Below, in pieces: positions 10,820 through 24,382 of a stretch of 32,000 nucleotides of DNA. A model generated the notes under the pieces. That model saw only the letters and a program-made list of their open reading frames with translations. It did no database searches and was not told the DNA's origin. The translations under genes were made by a program, and so were the position numbers. The DNA lies in the NCBI GenBank assembly GCA_054661495.1, contig BAAFSQ010000100.1:1-32000 (forward strand), written 5' to 3'. The first letter of the stretch is position 1, and the number at the start of each line of letters is the position of its first letter. The stretch comes from Zygophlyctis sp. KS116. Its lineage: Eukaryota; Fungi; Chytridiomycota.

Positions 10820-13313
10820 TTATTTAGCTACTAAACACCAAGTCTCTTCTAAAGGCCGGATAGTCTTGAAAACGCGGTTCATAATCCCAGTTATCCTTTT
10901 ATGTGTATCAGCAGATGTAGACACGACACGGACACCTTTTCCATCTTCTCCGACATAAACATCTGCATTATAATCATCCCATTGGATCCTCCAATGTAAT
11001 TCCTTCTTATTTTCAGACATTGCTTCCACATCATCTGAAAATCCTAGATATTTAACACCTTCAGAACCAAAATGATTTGACAAAAAAGTAGAAACATTCT
11101 TGATCCACATATCTCCTTCCAAAATTGTTTTGGTTGGAGCTTTTTCTTGAATGGATACTTTTTCGTCATCTTTACTCGATTCAAGTTCTGCTGATTCTTC
11201 ACCAGTGTTTTTAACTTGAGATTTTAAATCAGAATTAATAATTTCTGTATCATCTTTAGTCTGATCATTATGATCATGACTGTGATTATGAGAATGAGAA
11301 GATTTGGTGGCTTTGAATTATTAAATAAATCGTCATACCTTTAACACTTGCAGGAATGCTTTCAGATTGAATGATGATTGCCAGGACAGAATCAGCAATC
11401 ATGTCATTGACAGCATCACCTTTCCATTCTAAAACTAAATAATCACCATCCTCAGAGGTCGAAACAGTTACTGTGTCAAAAACTCTGAACGAACCATCCT
11501 CAAAATGTTCTAAAGTTCCATACATGTTTTCTAGATGCCATTTTATAATTCCAATTGGGGCTCTACAGAATATCTTTTGTTTTTGATTTAAATTTGTCAC
11601 AACAAGATCTGTAAATTGAGGAAGATCGTCAGGATCCATTAATGCATATGTGTAATCCCGAGAAACTAAAACACCCTCCAACTGACTTTCATCGGTCAGA
11701 GTTTCCGCAGCAAGAGTTCCAACAGTCTATGATTACTCTAGCCGAATATTACCTTTGCTAATTTCTCACCCCTAAAGTACAATTCCACTGATTCACAATT
11801 ACGTGGGGTAAATATATCAATTGCAACTTCGCGCTCAGCATATCTACTAGCAAGAGCTGCGCGTAGTCTATTCATTCCATGATGATCTCCATGGACCAAT
11901 ATTAAATTCGGTGCACCTAATTCCTCGATGAAAGCAGCATTCTCTTTAAAATCGACATGTGCAGAGAAAGAGATATATTGTATTGTTAAGCGTAAGGGGA
12001 GCTTTGTTCCTGACATTGAGACCACTTCATCCGGTTGACTCAAAATATCCTTTGATTTTATTTCAAATTTTTAATTTTACCTTTGCTAATGTACCTTCCA
12101 CAACATATCCCGGAATCACGACACCATTGCGCTTATCTATGCACCATAATTCAAATAATTCTCTTGAAAGTCCACTCTATTTCGATTACTAATAAAAATC
12201 ATACTTGTAACATCCCAGGACTTGCAAACATAACACAAGGCCCAACATCATCAAAATGCTGCATACTTTTCAAATTTGAAATATGTTTAAATTTAAAAGG
12301 ATTAGAAATCTTTGCTTGTTGTCTTATATGATCATTCATCATATTTGTATAAGTTTGATACACTGTCATACATTTTTTTGCAAGCTAAGTGTAAAATAAT
12401 CATATTAATTACTGAAGAAGCATAATAAATGGGAATATTATGCAATTCCGGATGTGCTTGCCAATATTCATCCAAAATCAACAATAGTTCTTGAGCTCTC
12501 CCCAGAGCAAAAACTGGAAGTAAGCACCGCCCTCCCCTCGTAACAACTTCATGAACCATACTTGTAAACCTATGTTCTCTTTCTGGCCTTGGCTCATGAG
12601 ACTGTACACCATAAGTTGACTCACAAATAAGAACCTCTGGAACAATTCCTGGCGGAGGCTCAGCAGCCATTAAATGTCTATCTTCTTCCCTAGAGTAATC
12701 ACCAGTATATAATATCCTAATACCAGCAATTTCAAGTAAAAACATTGCTGCTCCCAATACATGCCCTATCTTATAAGTCTTAATTTTCATACCGGCATTA
12801 AATGCAGTAAACTTGATTCCTTCAACTTCTACTTCCTGATGATAATCAACGACTTCGATTTTCTCGTAAGAGTTTTCTAAATCTTTTTCATCGTATAGCT
12901 GATCATCTGTTGAAATTGATGAAATTTTAACGTAATCAGCCAGTAGCCATTTATAAATAGCTTTTGTAGGATGTGTCATGAATACTCTCCCTTTAAATGC
13001 AGTCTTTTCCATGAAAAACGGTAAACCAGCAGCATGATCAACATGGAAACTTTGATTAGAAAAATAAAACTTACTGTGATATCAAAATCAAATCGATCGA
13101 AGAAGGATCGATCTCATCAAAAAATGGCAAAGCTGCAATTCCAGTATAAGCAGGATGAAGACCGCAGTCAAGTAAAATCGTCTTGGACTTATATTCAACA
13201 AGAATGCAACTGCGACCAACTTCCTGGCCTGCTCCCAATGGAGTGATCTTTAACATATCCGACTCATTTCCAGCCGGTACAAGAGTAGGAGGGACAATTT
13301 TTCTTTTGCTCAT
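10820..13313 (-). CDS. YSH1: CPSF73/YSH1 beta-CASP pre-mRNA 3'-end endonuclease, about 8 exons
   Basis: [18 protein letters not shown] (after intron 13050-13074), [54 protein letters not shown]; seven 25-31 nt introns. Confidence 0.95.
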
Positions 13314-13432
13314 TGAGATTTCAAGTTAAGACCTTGATCACAACAGCAAAAACTCACTTAACTAAAAATTAATCTCAACATTAATCAGACAAAGAGTACC
13401 ATAACATTTAAAGTTTGATGAATTAAATAAAA

Positions 13433-15175
13433 CTATTGCTTCACTTGATTCAAAGCTCGACGTTTCAAGTATTTTGGTAATTTACCCTGATCATATAAAA
13501 TATCGTGAGCATCCTTTCTTTTTCTATTTTTCTCTGGTAATAGAGATGAAGATTCAGAGTTATTCCAATTTATAACTGGACATAAGTAAATTTTAACTTA
13601 CCTGTTGTAGAAGAAAAATGTTGCATTAGCTCTGGAAGTGATGCTGGTAAAAGGCTTGACTTAGAAGAAGGCTTTTCATTTTCAGCATTATTCCGTTTTT
13701 TAGGTTTGCAAATGTCATGGCTAGAGTGATTTTTATCAAAAACCTTCCAAGAATTACTCGTCGAATTACAATTCACACCTTCTGCAAGTTTTTCCAAATT
13801 TTTAACAACTTGCTTTCCAGAATTGGCATTTTTTCCAGATTTCGAGACAATTGGCTCTGGCTCTTTAATCTTTTGAGCCTTAAAAATTATATCTGCTTTT
13901 TCTTGTTTTTGATGTTTTTCTGAACAAGAATTTTTAATGGGCTCAGACACTATAGAATTCTTACCAGTCTTACTAGTAGATAAATTCTTGCTATTGCCAT
14001 TTATAGGCGATAGTGGGGGTGTTGGGAACGTTTTAATGGCTTTTGCAACTGCTGCTTGAGAATCCCCAAATTCCTTTTTAGAATAAATAAGCATGTAAGC
14101 TCTTTGAGACAACACTGTTGAAAGTGATACTTGCGACACATTTGAATCATCCATACAATACCAGACACCATTTGAATTTTTTACAAAACTATAATAGTGT
14201 CCAGAATTAGTGGTAAATCCTGCGTGTACAACAACTCCAACCAAATGGTACTTTTGATGTCTCTAGTTATATAAAAATAAGGGTGATTATACATTTTTAT
14301 CCTTCATAAAAGGAGCCAAATCAAGTTCATGATCAAATGCAACATGATTATTCATCTTGGATCCAAAGTTATGCATGAAACCAAATCGTTTAAGCTGTAT
14401 AATCAAAACTAGGGGCTCTTGCTGAATTTTCAATTGCTTTTGAGCTTCTACTTGTTTTTTACATCTAATATTATGTCTTGTCAACATACCTCTCACAAAA
14501 ATAACGATTTCCTCCCGACAAAAGTTCTTTTTTGGTATAAATAGAGAATGCAGTCTTTAAATTAGGACAGTTTTTAATGTCTAAAGCAATATCCAGAATA
14601 GGATCAACCTTTTTAGACTCAAAACTGCAAACCCTACATTTTACAGTACTTAAAATAGATCCATTAAAGATTGTTTTAACATGACTTGATGAGTCTAGCT
14701 TCCTTCCCATACAATTTTTTTGCATAGACTCCAAAAGCCCCAATAAAAATTCATGTGCATCTTCTTGACGTCCCAGTTTCATTGATTTTGAGATGAATCT
14801 CAATTTACTCAAGATCGGTTTTGGCACAATTGATCCTTTTGCATTGTCCATTATTTTCAAATGTTCTTCCATTGCAAATAAAGTGCAAGTTGATTTTGAT
14901 GCACACTCATGCCTAGATTTTATAACTGCCTGAGCCAAAGCAGGAATGTATGATAAGCATTGTAAAACAGAGTTTAAAAAACAAGTGTTGCCCATATTAA
15001 CCAAACCAGGTCCGATAGTCTTAATCTTTTCCCAATCCAATTGCACACTTGTCTTTTGTGGCACCGACAAAACATTGTTCGTTGGATGGCTAGACTGTCT
15101 TTCTCCCTTTGCCTGAACAAATTCAATTCTTGATTCTAATATATTGCCTTTTTTTGACAAATCTTGTAATAACAT
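13433..15175 (-). CDS. Ubiquitin-specific protease, USP36/USP42-like (peptidase C19)
   Basis: Cys box GLVNMGNTCFLNSVLQCL, GRQEDAHEFL, QLKRF, His box VHAG..SGHYYSFV..WYCMDD. Introns 14465-14489, 14263-14292, 13576-13601. Confidence 0.9.
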
Positions 15176-15337
15176 TGATCCAGAAAAGGAAATTTTCTTG
15201 TTTCACCTCGGCCTCAGACCTTTTGTTTCATGCGGATCAGTATCATTACTTTACGCTTTTTGATAATGCATCCAACCAGAGCATAGCTAAAGCATTATCA
15301 TACTTTAGAAATCAAAAAATGATCCATCTTCTTATTA

Positions 15338-16222
15338 ATGAGTTGTGAACACGTCATCAGCACATCATCTTTACACTGGATGGATAGTATCACAAATTCT
15401 TATCCAGCTCTAGAGACAAAACTAGCGATCGCAAAGAAGAATGCATTTAATGGATTGGGATGTATAATAAGTCGGGATTGGATACAAGAGTTACAAAAGA
15501 ATTTACTGATTCCTTCAGATTCTGCAGATCTAGAACAGTTTCTTACCGCCAATAAGCAGAATCTCACTAAAATATTCAAGATCCCAAGACCAAAACTCAA
15601 AAAAGATTCTGAAATCAAAATTAGATTAGACTCTATTCAAAAATACTTGGATTCTCTTGGTTATTGTTACTTGCAATTAGCATTCTTTGATATTAAGAAG
15701 AAAACTTCTCTTAGATCATTAATGAGAACAGCACAAGAAATGTAATTGATTTATTTAAGAAAAAGAATTTCTTTCGGACTACCAATCAAATGCTTAGAAG
15801 CCCTTTTGGTAGGCGCATATCTATCATCATCAATTACAAATTTAGATAGAATCCCTTTAGCATTCAAATCTGAATACAATAAATCTGAATATAGACATAT
15901 TGTATTAGTATGCAAGTCTAATACTCATTGGGGTGCATTGGGACTATCAAGAAAACCAGATCTAATGTATAAACCGTTAATATTTCCTACATTGATGGAT
16001 CTTATTAAAAGTTTTATTGATGCATATCATAAATATGGACACAAGGTGTTGAAAATTAAGATTGGATTACCAATAAGATCAGATCATGCATCTAATCAAG
16101 GGATTATATGGAAATTTACTAGTATAGATACAATGCTGGGTAATGTACATTTTACAAATTGGAACTCATCTAGTGTATATCTAGAAATTGAAAATTATGT
16201 TAAAAAGGTTAGAATGATGTAA
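15338..16222 (+). CDS. Vasohibin-family tubulin tyrosine carboxypeptidase
   Basis: After the 24-nt intron 15742-15765: AQEIISFGLPIKCLEA..RIPLAFKS..YRHIVL..WGALGLSRKPDLMYKPL..KVLKIKIG, with the Cys/His/Ser motif residues present. Confidence 0.88.
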
Positions 16223-16345
16223 AATTAGCGATTGGAATTCTACAAATTTAAATAGTACTATAATTGCATAGATCAAGTCAACAATTTCTAATGGTTTAAT
16301 AAATTGCGATTTTACACGCTAATTTGCTGCAAAAACGCGAGGAAA

Positions 16346-17537
16346 ATGTTTCGAAGCAGGCGACGAATTTCTACTATTTATGAGAATGAACTGGATTTTC
16401 AGCTCTACTACAGAAATACTAAAGATAGGAAATCACGGCACTTGTACTCCCATCCCCGCTCCCTTCAAGACCTTGGCGATCGGCCCCTTCGGTTGGTACC
16501 CGTACGGTTGGATTTGGAATGGGAAGGTTACAAAATTAAAGATTCTTTTACCTGGAACATGAATGGTAATTTCAAGACTTGATTAGGTAGAAACTTGTTT
16601 AACCCCAGAGATGTTTGCACAGTTGTTGGCAGACGATTATGATTCTCCAATCGTTCATCAATTAATTCCAGATGTCATTGATCAGATAAGAAAACAAGTA
16701 CTAGAGTATGGAATTGCAATGGAAGATGATCCAGTAGGAGATGGGACTACGCGGGTTTCTGATGAAGAAGGAATAGAAAATCAAGATTTTAGAATTGTTA
16801 TAAAGGTACTCTCAAACATCTAAATAATAGATTGATTTAATTTCTGGGAATTTAGGGCTAAAGGATCAATTTGAATGGCCATTGTTTTCTACTTTTCCTA
16901 CACTTCCAGAGGATTTTGCAAGACAAATGACGAGTGAATTAGGGATTTCTTCAGAATTTGTGCCAATGATTGCACATTCTATAAGAGAACAAGTCGCGAT
17001 TGCTAGACTAAATTTTGAAGAAGCAACTCCAGCTCCAATTATAAAGACTAGGCCATTAAGGATGGATATTTTACAGGAATCTTGGGGTCCTGAATTGAGA
17101 ATAATGACTGAAGAGGAATTGGAAAAGATTTTCAAAGAGCAAGAGCGAAGTTCACGGTATTACTTAGTTTGACTAAATTTAGACGAATGAGAAGGCAAAG
17201 ACTGTATGATAGACCAAGATCTCCGGCTCCCCCTCCTAATCCTGAAGCGGTTCTTCCTGAAAACACACCTTTATTTGAACCAAATCTACAAGCAGTTTTT
17301 CCAAATATTATGAAATCAATATTGGCAGCAATTAATATTGATACTGCACAATCATCTCCTATAAATGATCAGATAGATTTACCTGATGGATTTCAACAGG
17401 GCTCTCCTTCTCCTCTCAATTCACCAACAGCAAATACTTTTCAATATTCAAAAACTCTTACATCTCCCAAGAGAACCAAGATTGAAGACAATAGAAGTCT
17501 CTTGATTCATGATACACCTCCAGATGAATCATTTTAG
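16346..17537 (+). CDS. SNF5/SMARCB1/SFH1-family chromatin remodelling subunit
   Basis: LVPVRLDLE..KIKDSFTWNMNE..TPEMFA and KDQFEWP..PEDFARQ..ELG..IAHSIREQ repeats. Introns 16566-16590, 16806-16830, 17157-17182. Confidence 0.88.
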
Positions 17538-17646
17538 GAATGTTGATTGTACTAATTGATCTCTGGAATGTCTAATTACGACTCTAATTTTGATAATATG
17601 TAATTTATAAAAGGCTTCAATTATAAAGATTTGTAAAATTTTGTGG

Positions 17647-18877
17647 ATGAGTTGGATCACTATTGCTACCGCCAATGTTGAATTTAAACTTGATCATTTT
17701 ATGCAGGTTATGGATCTATGGATCAATGAACCAGAATCTGTCTCTAAACCAATATTAAGATCTGATATTGAATCTCTTGATTCTTCTCAAAATTCCAGAA
17801 TTATCAAGAGGAAATTGATTCCGAGAAATCCAAGGGATCATTCGATTGAACAATTAGTCACAATTACAAAATCCGACAATGATGCTAAAGTACTTCATTC
17901 AATACAAACTGATCAGAAACTTCCTAGTTATTATCCATCAGTCGTAGAGTTTGCATACATTTATCATCAGGGATCAGTCAGCCTCCAAGTGCTTCCGATC
18001 AATGAATTAGATCCAAAAGCTGAAAAAGTGTTTCAATTCTTGTTTAAGAAACTCTTAAAGTTTGGAAATGGATTCTTAAATGGATATCAAAAGAGAGTTC
18101 ATCATGATATTGTTATCGGAAAAGTACAGTATCAAGATCTTTATTCGATTTTAAAAGCAAAGTATGGACATTGGGTGCATAAGTGGGTTGAAGTCACAGA
18201 TCCGTCAAAGCATGTTTTTGAAGATATTGCTATAGCTACGTGGTTAATCTGTCTATGGAAAGAAGATAAAAGTCAGAGATTTGTTGATCTAGGATGTGGG
18301 AATGGCTTCTTAACATATGTACTTTCACAAGAAGGTTATATTGGTTATGGGGTAGATATGACTAAAAGAAAAATTTGGAACGATTTTCAAAATACAGATT
18401 TGAGAGGTATTTTTGTTGGTTTATTTAAACTTAGAGGAATCTATAAATCCAACTGATGCAAAGCTATCAAATGTAGATTGGATTATTGGAAATCATCCAG
18501 ATGAGCTGACTTTATGGATTCCTATTATTGCTGCTCGCTCAAATTCAAAATTTGTCATTATTCCTTGTTGCTTTCACGATTTAAGTGGTAGGAAAGCTAG
18601 TGACTATGATAGCAAACTTGGTAGATATGAAAGTTATCTAGTAAAGGTGGAAAGCTTTTGTCGCAATTGCAATTTTGTTCCAGAACGGGAAGTCTTGAGG
18701 ATACCTTCGACTAAAAATATTGCTATACTTTGTCGCCAAAGAATTGATCAAGATTGGCAAGTAGAAAATTTAGATCCGATATTTTCTGGAACTTGTTTTG
18801 TTCCTCGTAAATCAGACAAGGAAAAAAATCAGGTTCTTCAAGCTAAAAAGGCAGCAAAGCATTCTTCCATTATTTAA
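17647..18877 (+). CDS. TRM44: tRNA (uracil-O(2)-)-methyltransferase Trm44
   Basis: YQKRVHHD, WVEVTDPSKHVFEDIAIA, FVDLGCGNG, WIIGNHPDELTLWIP, IPCC, LRIPSTKN. Intron 18407-18434. Confidence 0.9.
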
Positions 18878-18945
18878 AGTATTTAGTTTGGGTTATAAGT
18901 TTTAAAAAAAATCACAATCTTTATTAAATTATTCTAAACTTATGT

Positions 18946-19915
18946 TTACGCAATAATCACATCTTCTACAGACTCATTATCTTGAATAGTATTTAATCCA
19001 ACAGAATTCGGTAAATCACTTTTTGCTTCTGTTTTTTCTGGTAAAATTTCTATTTGATCCTTATCCGGACGAAATATCGAATTAAATCCTTCAAAAGATG
19101 TAGCTTTAACTGGCCAGTGAATTTTGTTTTGGATATCTGATATAATTGGTTGGAAACCTTCCTCCATTTTCTTTTTGGCTTGTTTAGCAGCCGGAAACAA
19201 AAAATATGCAATTGCTAAACCTCCAGTAAACAAGAATGGGAAAATCATTGCGTTATCCTTCATCCCAGTATATGCAACTTGTCCAATTATTGCTCCAAAA
19301 AGGTAAGAAACCAGCAAAGGAACCAAAACTTTTAATCTCCATAATTCAGCATTTTCAGAATCCGTTCTACATGCTTGTCCGAGAATATTTCCAATATCTG
19401 AAAATTATTATATTGCTCATACCTGTAACTATTCCAGTCATATGTGTTGTCCTAACAGCAAATCCACTAAAAGATGTAGCCAGAGCATTTTGTAACCCAC
19501 AAGCAAATGCAGCGATCCATTCACCAATCACCAGCTCTGATTTGATAAAAATATAAGCTGCTAAAAGAGAAAATGATTCAAGCAGCAATGCATATCCATA
19601 ACTCTGTCCCAAGCGGAACCTAGAATCTCCAACCATGAATCCAGCAACAAAACTTCCAAACATGAATGCTCCTACAATAGATGCAACCAAAGCGAAAATC
19701 GTCAAGTCTTCATTGAAAATTGAGATTCCAATTCTAGTAATATTACCAGTGACATGGGAAACTGTTGCCGAATAAGCGCCTGCCATTGCACAAACATTTA
19801 TATAAGCTGCATTAAAGCTAAGAACAGATCCACCAAGAACTATAGCATTAAATTCCTTTTTGGCCAGATTATTCATTATATTTAGTGGGACAGGCAAATG
19901 ACGTTTTCGATTCAT
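18946..19915 (-). CDS. YoaK/DUF1275-family multi-pass membrane protein
   Basis: VSHVTGN..GLQNALATSFSGFAVRTTHMTGIVTDIG after the 25-nt intron 19398-19422; multiple TM segments. Confidence 0.8.
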
Positions 19916-20062
19916 GCATGTGTTGTTAATGGCTGGTTGAATGCATTACGGATCAATGTTCACTCGCTTTCACTGGTTACATAGACTAGAATGTAGTCTA
20001 GACTCTACCAGCCTCTCGGACTCGACTCGGGCTTATCACGTCGCGCGTGTAAATCCCTTGGA

Positions 20063-21746
20063 ATGAAATTATTGACAGTTGCCGTTACTTTGCTAGCAGC
20101 TATTGAGGCTACGCCGTTCTTGAAATATCAAAATGATCCTGCCGTATGGCCGATTAAAAGTGAATCAAAGACGCCTGCTACTGCGATAATTCACAAGGAA
20201 AATAGTGATTGGAGTATCTACTCTCATGCTTCTTTTCCGGGATATTCAGTACGAGTAAGAAATAAAGAATCAAAATTATGCGATAGCAGTGTCAAGCAGG
20301 TATATTATTATTATTACTGATTTATAGAAAGTTGGTTATTTGGATGCAGAAGGCAAACATTTCTTCTTTTGGTTTTTTGAATCGCGAGCCAATCCTCAAG
20401 ATGATCCACTTATTTTATGGCTAAATGGAGGGCCTGGATGCTCTAGTTTAACTGGTCTCTTGATGGAATTAGGACCTTGTAGGGTAAATCCTAAAGGAAA
20501 CGGAACGACTTTCAATCCCTACTCTTGGAACACGGTATCTTGTCCAAAATAATTTTTTATAGAATGCAAATGTTATTTTTCTAGATCAGCCAGTAGAAGT
20601 TGGATTTTCTTATGCTGATGATAAGAAATTTCCTACTAACTCAGTAGATGGTATGATATTTTTCAATTTTTAAAATTTAAGCTGCTAAAGATGTCTATGT
20701 TTTTCTACAAATCTTTCTGAATAAATGGTCTGAATTTGCAGATAATGACTTTCATGTAACTGGGGAATCTTATGCAGGACATTATATACCAGCAATAGGT
20801 AAAGAAATATCTGATGCCAATAAACGGCATAAACAGAATGCATTTATTATTCCAATTAAACTAACTTCTTTGGCTATTGGAAATGGTTTGACAGATCCTT
20901 ATAATCAGTATGGTTCTTATCCTGATATGGCCTGTGATGAAAAATGTAACCTTTCTAAAGTTTATAAATAGATGGACCTTTCTTGGAAGAAGAACAGTGT
21001 GACAAAATGCGAAAACAGTTTCCTTCTTGTCAAAGACTTATTGGGTCTTGCTATGATAAGGGATCTGTATTTTCCTGCGTGTAAACATTTTTATTTGATA
21101 GGAATAGGCCATCTGCAATGTACTGCAACAACGTTATGATCAGTCCTTTCCAAAAGACAGGAAGAAACGTGTATGATGTTAGAAAGACTTGTGATGTTTC
21201 CAAAAATCCATTGTGTTATGAAATTGCCAATGATATTGAAGCTTATTTGAATGATCCTGCTATTCAAACAGAACTTGGTGTTGATAGAAAATATAAAGGA
21301 TGTGATATGAATATCAACTTGAAGTTTTTACTTGCTGGTATATAATTCTATGGTAATAATTAGGCGATTGGATGAAGCCATATGTTCGGGACTTGCCTCC
21401 TCTTTTGCAAGAAGGAGTAAGGGTTCTCATATATGCTGGTATTAATAATGATGAATAATCAATAGGTGATGCTGACTATATTTGCAACTGGAAAGGTAAC
21501 AAAAAATGGGTGCATGAATTGGAATGGAAATACAAGAAAAACTTCAATTCGGCAAATGATACCGCGTGGGTTTCCGAAATAACAGGAAGACCACTCGGAG
21601 AACTGAAGTCATACAAAAACTTTGCGTTTCTCAGAGTATTTGAAGCAGGTCATATGGTTCCATACGACCAGGTAATCAATCTTGTTGACTAATTATAGCC
21701 TGAACACGCAAATGAATTTATAAACTGGTGGCTCAAAAAGCAATAA
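20063..21746 (+). CDS. Serine carboxypeptidase S10 (carboxypeptidase Y-like), 9 exons
   Basis: Signal peptide; [62 protein letters not shown]. Introns 20300-20327, 20535-20562, 20651-20681, 20946-20971, 21081-21107, 21338-21363, 21439-21465, 21672-21698. Confidence 0.93.
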
Positions 21747-21799
21747 ACCGGGAATAAATAGAAAATAAATACCGATATTCGCAGTAAATCTTTAATGTT

Positions 21800-23234
21800 C
21801 TAATGAATCCCTTGTCCTCTTGTTTCTAATGGTAAAAATATCATGAGACATCCAACAATAACTAAAATTGTTGATGAAACATGCAAAGTAATGTATAAAT
21901 TTTCTTCGATCAATCGCCCAGAGATAACTGGAGCAATTGCTCCACCAATACGTCCAAGGGAAGAAGAAAGTCCAAAGCCAATCGTTCTTAATGCTGTCGG
22001 ATAAACCTCAGTAGTGTACGTATAGAGCGTGCCCCACATGCAGTTTCCCAAGAATTGAAAGATACATGACACAATCCACTGACTACGAGAGGAAGAATCA
22101 AGGGTAAATAGATATAAGCAGCACGATGATCCTAGAGTTGATAAGCATAGTACCCATTTTCTTCCCAACCTGGAATCAACAAGAAAAGAAATCAAAATCG
22201 TCCCTGGTATTCCGCCTAATTTTTATTTATAACAGTCATACAGAGAGATACAATTAAATAATGCCAGTAAGTTTCATCTACACTAAGCTTTGCTCCGTTT
22301 TTGAGAAAAACAGTCAAAAAGCTACCAAACATCCCGAAACCAATTGAAGTTCCCATCCATATAAGAGATAGCAAGATTGCAGTTCTAACCAAGGATAGAT
22401 TCCATTCTTTTGAATTCCAAAAATCAAGCCAATTATTATCAGTTGAATAATCTTCAAGATCATCATCAAAATCATCCACTTCTAAATTGATCATTTTACC
22501 ATTTTGTACTCCCATCTGAGTTAAAACATGAACTGTATCTTGTATTCTTCCTTTTGAAAGCAACCATCTTGGAGTTTCATGTAATTTAAACATGATTCGG
22601 ACCAGTAAAGAAAGCAATGAAAACGTGCTAACTGCAAACAACAAATATCGCCAACCTCCACAATCAGCACTTGATAAACATTCATATTTAGGAATAATCA
22701 TCCAAGCCAGCCAAGTACCAAAAGCTCCTGCAAAAGACCAAAATATCTAAATTTAATATTTTTCAAAATTACCGTAAGTAGCACTAGTAAATACTGATAT
22801 TTTGAAGCAATTGATTCAATAAAGAGACTTGAGTCAACAGGAACATTTCCTCCCACTCCAATACCAATAAATACAAAACAAACACAAATTATAGCAAACG
22901 AGTTACTTAATGCACTCAATATTCCAAATATTGGTGGTAGAACAAAGCTCAGATAGAAGCAAGGGACTCTGCCGACCCTGTTAGCCAGCAGTCCAAAGCC
23001 GATTGATCCAAAGATCATCCCAGAGACAATGCATGATGCAACTGCAGAAACCTTACTAGGAGCCAGACTAAACTCTACTGATAATGGGATTAAAATGGAA
23101 GATGGAATAGAAAACCATAATGAATCAGCCATATAACCCAATCCACATGTTATAAACAGAAAGATTTGATAATATCCAAAACCAATGTCTTGTAATGTCT
23201 GATCTACCAAATCATCTGTGGACATTTCACTCAT
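21800..23234 (-). CDS. MFS transporter (SV2/SVOP-like)
   Basis: IGFGYYQ, ANRVGR, GGNVPVD, GGWRY, HETPRWL, LGRK, YTTEVYPTALRTIG, LPLETRG. Introns 22747-22772 and 22216-22241. Confidence 0.88.
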
Positions 23235-23609
23235 AAGGGCTGACGGTGAATTATACGCTAATTAAATCTTAATAATATAAGATGAAGATCTAAAGGATCT
23301 CAAACAAGATAAGAGGGATTGTATTGAAATCATCAAACAATCGGCAAAAGAAGAACCGGAATTATACTCTGGGACTTTTAATGATTCAGATGATAACTGG
23401 ACCCCAAGTGTAATAGGAATAGATACTACTTACAGAGATTGGGCTACTTTTCATTCGGATGACTCTAACAATCACTCTAACAATTCAAACAGTCTTTGCT
23501 TGTGTTGAAGCAAATGCCCCCGATCTGCAATCTCAATCGCAGATCAGGGATCTTATAGTATTTTATAAAGTGATTAATTCCTAATAAGACTTACTTAAAA
23601 AAATTGAAA

Positions 23610-24183
23610 ATGTTGTTTTTCATCTTCTACATTTCTCTAGTGTCTTCATTATATGGTAATAGTTTTTATTTTATAATGAATAGTTCGGCAATTAGAAACA
23701 AGTTCGCCTCTTCCGCCAGTTGATCCGCCAGTTACAGACCCATCGGTTTCACCAACTGTTACCACAACGACAACAAGTACTACTACTACATCTCCTCCAC
23801 CTCCAACAACAACAACAACGATCCCCCCAACAATCACTTCAACAACCAATACTCCTTCAAGTACGACCATAACTTCCACCTTAACTAATCCGACCACTTC
23901 AAGTACTAGCACCAATATTCAATCACCAATTGTGACTCCATCTGGAACTGGTTCAACTTATACTTTAACTAGCATCAGTACGAATAAGCCAAACGCCACT
24001 TCAACCAATAGTCCTGAATCTGTTGAATCATCAGGCTCTTCTTCGAGTAATAAAGGTGGGATAATAGCTGGTGTTGTAGTGGGAGTTTGTGTTCTTTTAT
24101 CATTAATCTTATTGGCAGGTCTCAAATTCTGGAAGCCAAAAGGAATGTTGAAGGAGCGATTTGAATCTTCAAGGGAGTTTTAA
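23610..24183 (+). CDS. Thr/Ser/Pro-rich single-pass surface protein (Mid2/mucin-like) no. 1
   Basis: Signal exon MLFFIFYISLVSSLY, 28-nt intron 23656-23683, Thr-rich stalk, TM GGIIAGVVVGVCVLLSLILLAGL, short basic tail. Confidence 0.75.
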
Positions 24184-24382
24184 TCTGATTTTTAAAAAAA
24201 TAATACATGATCAATTATTATTGAATAAGATGGAAAACTGGAAAATAATATTTTACCTACTATAGTAATTGTAATAAATTAGACTATTATTCTGGATTCA
24301 TAAAGCGGCACAACACTGTCACGGGGTATCGCCGCAATCTTTATATATCTTTTTCATTTCTAAAAATAGTATAAGAAATAAT

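Noticed and set aside
19982-20000. Perfect 7-bp hairpin TAGACTA/TAGTCTA in the divergent YoaK/carboxypeptidase promoter
   Set aside because: Too short to distinguish from chance, with no supporting context.
10820-21746. Apparent frameshifts, pseudogenes or an alternative genetic code in the fragmented ORFs
   Set aside because: Each break examined is resolved by a 23-31 nt GT-AG intron that restores conserved motifs under the standard code.
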